Below are positions 10,321 through 20,031 of a stretch of DNA of 64,000 bases, one piece after another. The position numbers and the translations under genes were made by a program. Position 1 is the stretch's first letter; every line of letters begins with the position of its first letter. The stretch spans positions 19,344,001 to 19,408,000 of the forward strand of contig JBHGNT010000014.1 in assembly GCA_043228905.1 (NCBI GenBank), read 5' to 3'. The DNA comes from Azolla caroliniana. Its lineage: Eukaryota > Plantae > Polypodiophyta. The notes under the pieces were generated by a model. It was not told where the DNA came from and made no database searches. It worked only from the letters and a program-made list of their open reading frames with translations.

Positions 10321-11305
10321 CGCGTGCTACAGAGATCGCGGCAGAGGACCCATCGGCAGGTCGAACAAGCCTACGGGGAGGTGAGCGCGAAGGAAGACTC
10401 GAAGCCGCCGGATCAAACCGACAGCGAGCCGAGATGCGGATCATGGGAGACCAGTTTCTCACCGGCCGAAATCTCTCACCCTTCAACCAGATTGGCACGT
10501 ACCGGTGGACGTGCAGTTAGGTGGGGGCGGATGTCGTGAAGAATTTCGGCCATAGGCGAAAACCGGGAAACATTGTCTACATCGGCGGGCTGCAGCGTGT
10601 GTATGCACCCATGTATATTTGGTGTGAATATCGAGGGCACCTTTATGGCGCCGAAGAGTAGTGAAGTCGGGACAGACGATCCCATGAAAGTCGGAATTTC
10701 TCCCACATTGAAACGCATCCCTCTCCTTGTTCTATAAAAGGGAGGAAACGCCCTTTGTAAAAGGGTTGCCCATTTTGCATTCGAGGGTATACCGTTATGT
10801 TTAGAGTTAGGTTTCTTCTTCTTCATCTTCCCCCTTCGTGTTCGTTTAGGGTTTGCTTCGGCTCATCTCCTGCGCAAGACCCCACTCGGCGCGACGAGCT
10901 CGTGAGCTCCCTGAGGGCGGCTTGGCAGCAGATGACTACTGTAACCTACCTCAGTCCGGCTCGAAGCCGGGAATGTATTATTCATATATATATACATGCA
11001 TATACGTTTATGTTTGTCTGTGTATATTCGCGTCGTTGTTGGCGTCGGGTGCTTACCCTCTCCTGCGTTTTCTGTACATAAGGCATGAGTCGGGTTGAGC
11101 TGCGCGCGTGTGTGTGGGTGTGTGCGTGAGTCGGTGTTAAGCACGCTCTCTCTCTCTCTCTCTCTCTCTCTCCCTTCGGTTGCTTCCGATGTGTTTCTGG
11201 GATGCCCCAGAAACAGTGAAGCACGACTCCCTACGCTCCATCACTCTCTCGTCCAAGACCCCCGTGGTCCCGCCTTTCTCCACGCACGCGCGTAACTACG
11301 CAACA

Positions 11306-11412
11306 ACGCGCACTCACTATCCGGTCCACCGCCGAAGCCATGGCCTCTGCAAGATCCGACCCCCTCATCTTCTGCTCTTCTGCCGCCTTCTTCACGTCGG
11401 GTTCACCAAGTA
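11306..11412 (-). mobile_element. Start of a second, internally deleted unit of element C (PBS + gag start); continues at 6444-6484
   Basis: Perfect Trp PBS at 11391-11408. 11306-11390 matches 14441-14525, and 6444-6482 matches 12128-12166. Confidence 0.88.
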
Positions 11413-14400
11413 TGTCGCGTTGTTATGCGCGTGCGTGGAGAAACGAGGCGGGACCACCGGGGTCTTGAACCGAAGAGCAGGTGATAGGAGGGCAAAGAGA
11501 AAGAGGGAGACGACCGGTTACGTATGAGCAAAGAAACACAAGGACACGGCCTGTCAACGCAGAAGACGCGAATGGACACAAAGACAGAGAGACACGAATG
11601 TTTTTATATTAACAAGTGACACAAAAACAACAGAGCACGCGAGTGGTTACAACCGAACAGGCCGCCGAACAGATGCCGATGCCTACTCGTCTGCGCACGA
11701 AAGGGGATAGGATGGAGGTGCTGCCGGAAGCACACGGGCGTTCCTCGAAGCAGCGCGAGCCTCCCGAAAACCTGCAGAGAAGATCAATAGAGAACAAACA
11801 GAGGAGAAGCGTTCGGTTACGGTCCGACAGCACTTCGTCCTCCTCAATGCGCGATCCCTTCTCCCAACGTCTCCCTCTCCTTTATAGCTTCAAGAAGGGA
11901 GCCGTCTCCCTCATTTACTTCCTACCTACCGAATCTAACTACCCAGGATATGCCTTTGTACTTAATTCCCTATTATATACATTGAAGAGCGCGCACCCGT
12001 GAAGAGCCGGTTCACGCGCGCTATGCACCGATTGCGCCAAGGGACGGTTTTCTTCACGACACCGGTATCATCCGGTCCTCTTTAAGGCCCTCTCCGACAA
12101 CCTCTCGCAGTATTCCCAAGGTATCGTCAAAGGAGACCGCCTCCACAGCTCTGTTGATTTCCTCGCTGGGCCTGAGAACTCCGCACGCCCGAAGTCCCTC
12201 TTCCACCCTTGTCTTTTCTTGGCCTATGAGGCCGACTATCGTACACCCTCTGTTGTCGGAGAAACAAAACTTCCTACTTATGGTACAAGGTTTCTTCGGT
12301 TTCGCTTCTATCGTACATTTGTGGGGGTTTCCCGGAGTGTCCGGACTGTCGCGGCCCCACGCCTTGGCAGCCCTCTCTAAAAATCCTCTCGGTTCTCGCC
12401 ATCGAGGGACTTGCGGTTTCGCTCGTGGTTCGGTCGCACCGTGAGGAACTGGACCGAATGACGCCCGTCCTAACTCTTGACCCTCGCGTAAGCCGACCCG
12501 TTGTCCAGCACCTTGGTCTCCATTCGCGCTGCCGTAATGTACGGTTCTCCCAGTATGACCGGGTGCGAGGACATCTCCTACACAAAGAAGTGATGTCCTA
12601 TCTCGACATCGCCGATCTTGACTCGCACGTTTGGGCAGGCCCCGTGTAGTTCCTCGGTGGCGCACGTTGCCGCCCGTATCTTCCACCCGTGCTTAGTGTT
12701 GATCGGCCATTTCCCCTTCTTGTAGAAGTCCATGGACATCAAGTTTATTTCCGAACCGTGGTCCACCAGCGCCACCACCAGTTCCTGAACATCTCCGATC
12801 TTCACCGGGGTTTCCGTGGTCGCTCGGGTCCAGTGTGGCCTCGAATAGTGGCTCTCCACCCACTCGTCTTCCAGTGCCATGTCCTCTATGTGCGCCGTCC
12901 GCACCTCTACCGGCCTTTCCGGTTCTACCTCCGTCAACAGCCTCTTCCTCTTCACCAAGTCCACGATGGAGTCGTGGAACTCCTTCTTGGCCATTCCGAG
13001 CACCTCCCGCAACGACAGTTCCACTTTGCTGTCGAGGATTCGTTCTTCCAGGACCTTTCGTAGGTCCGTGGTCCTTTCGATCTCCGTGCCCAAACGGTAT
13101 CCGCCCTTCTTGTGGTTATCCCGGGCACTGGACTCACCGGCCTCGGTCTGTTTCGGCCCGAATCGGGTTTCGTATCTCTGTGAGGGTCCGGCCCCTCCGG
13201 TTTTACCTACCCGTTTGTCTTCAACCAGAGCCTCGTAGTTCTGGCAAGCTGCTTCGACGAAACCCGTCTTTTCTTCGACCGGGTCACTCCACCCGGTTAC
13301 CTCCTGGACCCGCTTCTCCACGCGGTCCGCCTCGTCTCTCTTTAGTCGGGCACCGGCGAGGTCTTCCAGCACCGTCGGCCAGAACTCGGCTTTGCTCTCC
13401 CTCCAGGCCTCGCTGCCTCTGACCCGAATACCGGCTGACGCTGGGTAGTGGACGGTCTCCGCGTGCCGGGCTGCCGCCTCTTCCATCAGCCTTTTCATTC
13501 CTCCTCGCCCGTCGTTTCGGTTCAAAGCCCTCCGGGTATCGCTGGCGTGCACCTGACCTTCCCACAGGTATACTACCCGACTTCTCAAAGCCTCCGTAAA
13601 GTCCCCGCAATCTTTCCGGATGTGGCCGACCTCGTCGCACCACATGCACCTACTTCCTGTCGGAGGTCGTCGGTCACAAGCCTGATCGCCGCCTTCCCTC
13701 CGAGCCTGGGCGATCTGGAAATCCTTTACCGCTCGTGTCAACTCCTCCAAAGCTGTTCCCCCGGACGAGCCTCTGACCACGCCGGTCGAAGCCGAACCGG
13801 TTTCGAGCCACTCCCGGGTCTCTTCCCTTCGCGCCTGTGCTATCGGTTCGAGCTTCCTTGCTACGACAGGTCCCGCCCTGGTCGCCTCTGTATCAGCCCA
13901 CTCCCACCGTTTGTCAAAACGGCCGCAGACTCTTTTTACCGCGGCCCAGTCGACCGTCAGCCCGTCTTCGGTTTCCAGTAAGGAGCCCACTTGCCCCTGA
14001 TCCCGTGCGTCAACCGATTTGACAAACAGTAGGACACGACTTGTGTCCAGAACGGTCCGATCGAGCGCCGAAAGGCGCGCAAAGCGTTCCTCAAACTCTC
14101 GGAGGAGTACCGACGCATTTCTTCCTTTGTTAGGGGACTCCACCCACTCCATGAAGCCCCGCTTCGAAAGTTGAAGCGCGTCATCCAGCCCGTATTTCTC
14201 CAGGAGCCGTCCTTCGAACTCCTCCCAGGTCCGGCTCTTTGCCCGGACTTCGAGCACCTCCGCATGGATGCCCGGCATCGCCACTCGAGGGAATCCGGCA
14301 AGACGCCTCTCTTCCGGAATATCCCTCATCAACATCCCCGCCCGGTAGGATGCCAAATAACTCGTGGCATCCTTTCCACTGAACCGGCCGATCATACCGA

Positions 14401-15195
14401 TGATCGCCTCAATAGCCCTGTCAAGGGCGTCGGTGCCCTCGCGCGCGCTCACTATCCGATCCACGGCCGAAGCCATGGCCTCTGCAAGATCCGACCCCCT
14501 CATCTTCTGCTCCTCTACCGCCTGTTTCACGTTGGGTTCACCAAATATGTCGCGTTGTTACGCGCGTGCGTGGAGAAACGAGGCGGGACCACCGGGGTCT
14601 TGAACCGAAGAGCAGGTGATAGAAGGGGAAAGAGAAAGAGAGAGACGCCTGGTTGCGTATGAGCAAAGGAACACAAGGACACGGCCCGTCAACGCAGAAG
14701 ACACGAATGGACACAGAGACAGAGAGACACGAATGTTTGTATATTAACAAGTGACACCAAAACAACAGAGCACGCGAGCGGTTACAACCGAATAGGCCGG
14801 CGAACAGATGTTGATGCCTGCTCGTCTGCGAACGAAAGGGGATAGGATGGAGGTGCTGCCGGAAGCACACGGGCCTTCCTCGAAGCAGCGCAAGCCTCCC
14901 GAAAACCTGCAGAGAAGAGCGATGGAGAACGAACAGAGGAGAAGCGTTCGGTTACGGTCTGACAGCACTTCGTCCTCCTTAATGCGCGATGCCTTCTCCC
15001 TGCATCTCCCTCTCCTTTATAGCGTCAAGAAGGGAGCCGTCTCCCTCATTTACTTCCTACCTGCTGAATCTAACTACCCCGGATATACCTATGTACCTAA
15101 TTCCCTATTATATACATTAAGGGCGCGCACACATGAAGAGCCGGTTCACGCGCGCTATGCACCGATTGCGCTAAGGGACGGTTTTCTTCACGACA
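11413..15195 (-). mobile_element. Non-autonomous Gypsy-type LTR element C (gag + aspartic protease, no pol; TR-GAG-like), first unit of a tandem
   Basis: LTRs at 14548-15195 and 11413-12061 (roughly 7% different by eye). tRNA-Trp PBS at 14526-14543. The internal region is only 2.5 kb. Confidence 0.93.
12578..14530 (-). CDS. Gag-protease polyprotein of element C (truncated by a premature stop; frame continues to ~12376)
   Basis: CCHC knuckle CMWCDEVGHIRKDC and protease motif LVDHGSEINLM. After the TAG the frame continues EMSSHPVILGEPY...VQFLTVRP. First ATG at 14503. Confidence 0.88.
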   Translation of the reverse strand: MKQAVEEQKMRGSDLAEAMASAVDRIVSAREGTDALDRAIEAIIGMIGRFSGKDATSYLASYRAGMLMRDIPEERRLAGFPRVAMPGIHAEVLEVRAKSRTWEEFEGRLLEKYGLDDALQLSKRGFMEWVESPNKGRNASVLLREFEERFARLSALDRTVLDTSRVLLFVKSVDARDQGQVGSLLETEDGLTVDWAAVKRVCGRFDKRWEWADTEATRAGPVVARKLEPIAQARREETREWLETGSASTGVVRGSSGGTALEELTRAVKDFQIAQARREGGDQACDRRPPTGSRCMWCDEVGHIRKDCGDFTEALRSRVVYLWEGQVHASDTRRALNRNDGRGGMKRLMEEAAARHAETVHYPASAGIRVRGSEAWRESKAEFWPTVLEDLAGARLKRDEADRVEKRVQEVTGWSDPVEEKTGFVEAACQNYEALVEDKRVGKTGGAGPSQRYETRFGPKQTEAGESSARDNHKKGGYRLGTEIERTTDLRKVLEERILDSKVELSLREVLGMAKKEFHDSIVDLVKRKRLLTEVEPERPVEVRTAHIEDMALEDEWVESHYSRPHWTRATTETPVKIGDVQELVVALVDHGSEINLMSMDFYKKGKWPINTKHGWKIRAATCATEELHGACPNVRVKIGDVEIGHHFFV

Positions 15196-15666
15196 ACGTC
15201 TCTTGGTTTCTTCACAAGAGATGACAAAGCAGGTAGGTGAATGGTGATTTTTTGCAAATGTGCTTGCTTTCATTATTCAAACGAAGTGGAAGGGAACTGG
15301 TATCCCATTCGAATCATCATGTGTATAGACAAGCAATGGAACGTCAACCCTAAATCATAGAGCTGGAAGGAAGATTTAAGGTATGTATCGATGATAATCG
15401 CTTGCTAGAACAACTTGATTGTGGCCTTGTGGAATATCATTGGAACATCCCTGTAGAAACAAATAGCGTGCGGAAGCAATAGAAAACAGAACACAGAAAA
15501 CAGGTTTAATGGAGAGCTTAACAATACGCGGGAGAGACAGTGAGAGAGAGCACACAGAAACTTAATTCAAAAATACTACTCAGTTTGTACATCGTATGTG
15601 TTCAGTGAACACTGTTATACAAGTCCATCTGGATTGACAAAAGTACGGTGTACTTCAATGCTCACA

Positions 15667-16430
15667 ATGTTGGTTGCTTTTTGCTGCTCCACGCAACAGC
15701 CGCGCTACCAAGGGAAAACATATAGCCGGAAGTTGAACGGAGATCTGATGCATCGTCGGCCCAGTCGGCATCTGTGTAGCCGACTAGTTCTTCGGTCATA
15801 CCTCGCCGGTATAACAGTCCCCAGTCCTTCTAAATGAATTGACTAATCACACCGATTGGATAGCTGATGTCGGGTCGGGTGATGGTCCAATATATAAGGC
15901 TTCCGACAATTTGTCGGAACCGTTTCTCATCGTAGGCAAGTCCAGAGTTGGGACGGAGCTTCTGTTGCCGATCCAAGGGTGTCGAAATAGGGCAGCATTC
16001 CGTCATGCCGAACTTGTATAGCATATTCAACACATAGTAACTTTGTGAGAGCAATATGTCTTCGGGGGTTTGGATCACCTCGATCCCAAGGAAATAGTGA
16101 AGGTCCCCTAGGTCCTTCATCTCAAATGCGTCCGACAGTTGGGACTTTACTCGCCGGATTTCATTGAGTCCGGGTCCGGTGATCACTAGATCATCAACAT
16201 ACAGCAAGATGCAAACCGGACCATCCGGACCTTGCCGGATGAACAGTGAAGAGTCAGATTTGGAGGCCACAAACCCCATCTTACACAACCAGTGCGTGAT
16301 CTTCGCATTCCAAGCTCGGGGGGCTTGCTTCAGGCCATAAAGTGACTTCTTCAACCGGCATACCGCCGACTTGTTCATCTCCGTCTGCAAACTGGGAGGT
16401 TGGGTCATAAAGACCTCTTCTTCTAGATCG
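15667..16430 (-). pseudogene. Copia E reverse transcriptase C-terminal half and start of RNase H
   Basis: LKKSLYGLKQAPRAW, LLYVDDLVI, FEMKDLGDLHYFLG, TRPDISY; degenerate DRRSTSGY..F / KKQPT further on. Confidence 0.92.
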
Positions 16431-16917
16431 TGTTAACTCTTCGGGCCGGACAATGGCCTAACACATGGTGTCTACGGGAGACACTTCACCAAAGGGTGTT
16501 ACGGCAACCGGATTAGACTTCAACGCTTAATCCGACTTAATCAAGTTACTTATTAGGATCGTCTTCATAACACGCGTAAGATATAACAATTAAGATAGAA
16601 CGGCAATTAACACACAGAGATAACAACGCTTAAGCTTTCATTAATTAACCGCTAACTATTACATTGTATCCGGGCCTTTAAATAGGTTTCCGGTCTATAT
16701 TACAAAACGATGCCATCCGACCCTATTCGGGATCGGTCCGGATCCGGAACGGCATACCGATTCCGGTCCGTCCGTCCATAGTCAGAGCTTAATTACAACC
16801 ACATTCCTACTACTTAATTAGCTCTCCTTTTCCCACTCTGGACTCCTTTGCCGGCCGGTAACACATGGCACGCCCGTGGGACAGTACCTTGTACGTCGAA
16901 TCCACAACCGACCCTTG

Positions 16918-17732
16918 CTATTCTTCGTCCAAAATGTCCAGAATGCTTTGTTCGAGAGGCTCCAATGGTTCATCTGGAAGTGGTTGTTGTTGTTGTTGCT
17001 GTTGCTGCTCTATTGCTATCTGCTGCGGCGGATCCGTTGGTGGTTGCTGCGGCTGCTCCTCCATTTGTGGCTCTGACCCCGGCGTCTCCGTCGTTGCTCC
17101 CTGCGTCGTAGTGGTCTCCGGTTGACTGGTTCCCGGCTGGCCCTCAGCCGGCGACGGTTCCTCATCACTAAGGTTAACCGTTGTCGCTTCCCGTGCTTTT
17201 TCTTCCCGTACCCGGGACCGCGCGTAGCTTTCAAACTGGATTTGAGCGTCCAGCCTATCATCGTCCAACTGAGCTACGAGCTGCCTGACCTGCGCCAGCT
17301 GTTCATCTGCCAGGACTTGGAAGTCGTCGGCCAACTCGTCCCGTATGGCGGTGAAGTCCTCCGAAGTCAATGTATAACAATCATCTCCTTCCTTCCGCCC
17401 GTAACAACTGGAGTTCCGCCGCGTTTTGTGCCCACTTTGTCCACCATTTTACGGAGCTTTCATCAATCAAGTGTTTCGTCTGATTCAGCCATGCCCGGAG
17501 GATGGACTGAATCCGGCTCGTTCCCAATTGCGATTTGGTTTCCGCCGCTTGCCGTTCCTCCTTCAGTTGTTTGATGATTTTGACGTTGTCCTCCGCCTAC
17601 GCCTTCTAATGCGTCAATTGCCTTTGATATGTACTTTGTAATTTCTGCAATACTGTTGACGCTCTCTCTTTGTCTTCTTGCTGCTACCTCTGGAGCTCCA
17701 TCCGGACCTTCTCCGCCTCTTCCAAGCGTCAT
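16918..17732 (-). CDS. Further short ORFs of Gypsy F (89 aa and 150 aa, acidic/poly-Q) ending 55 bp from the 3' LTR
   Basis: The ATG of 17463..17732 overlaps the upstream TGA (ATGA). 16918..17370 is an acidic helical ORF with a Q9 run. Function unknown. Confidence 0.45.
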
Positions 17733-19882
17733 GTATTTTCCGCCCGTTCGTCGGCGATCGCCGTCGCAGCCCGATCAACTGCCTGCTGGAGCTCAGCCAT
17801 CCGTTCTTTATGCTCCGTTTCCAGCCGTTTGTAGTCCCGGTGCAGGTGCTCAAAATCATCCGTCTTTTGCTTGAGCCATGCATTGATCTGACGACGGGCC
17901 CGGTCCTCGCGGTCCTTCTGCTGGCGGAGCTCTTCCTTTAGCCGTTCAATCTCTGTTTCCGCCGTTTTTCGCAGCTTGTCCTTTTCCTGCAGCACTTTGT
18001 CTTTCTCCTCCTTTAGCCGGTCGTACGCTTGATGGCCTTTCCGGAGGCTCTCCTCTGCCCGGCGGAGGTTCTCAGCAGTCTTCTTTAATTCGGCTTCGGC
18101 CGCCGTCTTCAATTCTCGTTCACGACTCCTTAGCGCTTCTTGTGCGGCAAGTTCCTCTCTCAATTCCGCAAGCTCCCGAGCTTGCGCCGCATCTCTCGCC
18201 GGAACGGTTTCCGTTGCCGGGGTCTTATTGCTATGTACAGGTCATTCCATTTCTTTATTCTGTACACTTACCGGAGTCACCGGTGATTGGATCCGTATTT
18301 TGGCCATCTCTGTCGTGACCTGATCCAAATCTTTTTCAAGGCACCGGATTCTGGACCGGGCCGTCTCTAGTTGTTCGGTTGTGACGAGCAACCGTTCGCT
18401 TTGCGCTCTTTCTTCCGCCTCTATATACCCCACTGCTCCGGCTATTTGTTCGCCTATCCACCGGAGCCACAGGCTACCGGTGCCTTGTTGTGCTTGCACG
18501 GAGGTTTGATAGATGGGCTCACTTGTAGAGGGGTGGTCCCACCTGGTTGCGCCGAGTTGCAGTTCCTTTTCTGCCCGTGGACCATCCTGTTGTCCTGGTT
18601 CCCCTTGCGCTTCTTCTTGGCTGACCGAGGGAGGCTGCAGTGACCTTTCCGGCTCTGGCGGGATAGGACTTGCCGGTGTTGCCGGTGGTTCCGGGGCTTC
18701 TATTTCCGGTGCCATCTGCACCGGTTTCGGTTCCTTCCTTGGCGTAGGAGTCTCAGTATGGGGAGCCAGTGTTCCCTCCGTCTGAGGGTCCGAACGTTTC
18801 TCGGCTGTCTCAACGGTCCTTGCCGACGACCGTCGTTGGAGGTGCTCCGTAGGCTCCTCCTCTATTTCCTCCTCCTGAGCTCCGGCATTGAGTTTTTCCG
18901 CCAAGGGGTCCACTTCTCGATTCACCGGTCGGCGGAGTGTGACCTTTACGGGCCGTGCCGGTGGTTCCTCTTGCGCCTCCGTTGGGCGCTTCCAGCTCCC
19001 GCTTCCTGCTGCCGCCTGTTCTGCATCCACCGCCTTTCCCTTACTAGCCTTAGAGGCCAACAGCTGTTGCCGTTTGGAAGCCGTCCTTGGGGTGCCTTCC
19101 GGCACTCTTCCTCGCTTCTTGGGCTGGACGGTCTGAACGGGTGGCACCAGCAAGGTGAGCCACTGCGTTACAGCGTGCCATATCCTTCGTCCGTCTCAGC
19201 CTTCTTTGCCGTCTTTGCCTCTGACGATCTCGATCGCCGCACACAACCCGTCTGCAATCAATACCGGCCAACCCACCTTGATCCCTTCATAGGTGGCGAT
19301 GATCATCCCTGCCCGGTTCTGCGGCATGACAGGGGGTCTAGGGTACACGTGGCCGTATTCATGGAGCACACGAGCAATTTTGCGGGACAGCATAACTCCG
19401 CCGCCCTGTGTCCGGTAGCCCTTGTTGGCTAGAGAGTACTCACCAAAATACCTGATGAGTTGCTCCGGGGTTGGATTGTCGATCGTGAGTATGCCTCCCT
19501 CCGGAAGGCCTGTTAATGCTCGAATCGCCTCTGCCGTTATGATCTCTGTATCGATTTCCTTGATCACTTTGTCGGCTTCTTTGTATGGCGGTACTTCCAT
19601 CATCATCAAGAAGCCCTCGAGCCCGTGTTGCTTCAGCCATGTCTTGGCGGCTTCCGACAGCGTTTGCGGGTCCATCTCTGTGTCGGGGTCGGATTGCGGT
19701 GACGAGGATGGATGGTGATGAGAGCGGGGTTGAGAAAGAGAGAGTTCAGAAGGTGGGGGTTCTCTGTGCGCAGGTTCTCGTCTGATGATCTTGCAGCGTT
19801 TCGGTGCTTCTGGCTCCTGGGTTCGCGAAAGTAGAGGGTCTCTTTGTCTGTGCATTCTGGCGCCTTTTTCGAGTTTGTGCAT
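17729..19882 (-). pseudogene. 3' extra ORF of Gypsy F (env-position ORF): helical N-domain, Pro/Glu-rich linker, long coiled-coil; two in-frame TGA
   Basis: Track ORFs 19196..19882, 18242..19153 and 17729..18163 share one frame and are separated by single TGA codons. Likely start MDPQ at 19675. Confidence 0.8.
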
Positions 19883-20031
19883 GTCGCGTACTTAAAATAG
19901 CATTATGTCCTGTGGTGGCGCTTTAAATGCCCACTACGTACCTTTTCGCTCCACGCTCTTTCATCCATTCATTCCTCGCTTTTGCATGATTGTTTTTTTT
20001 TTTTCCAGTTATTATTATTCTTAGTGTGACA

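Larger units (their letters stand above)
6485..11305 (+). mobile_element. Non-autonomous Gypsy-type LTR element B (gag N-terminal part only, tRNA-Trp PBS)
   Basis: LTRs at 6485-7296 and 10532-11305 (TGTCGTGAAG...ACA; roughly 25 substitutions plus a (CT)n length change, by eye). PBS 7301-7318, PPT AGGTGGGGGCGGA 10519-10531, flanks GCGC/ACGC. No RT, RNase H or integrase motifs. Confidence 0.93.
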
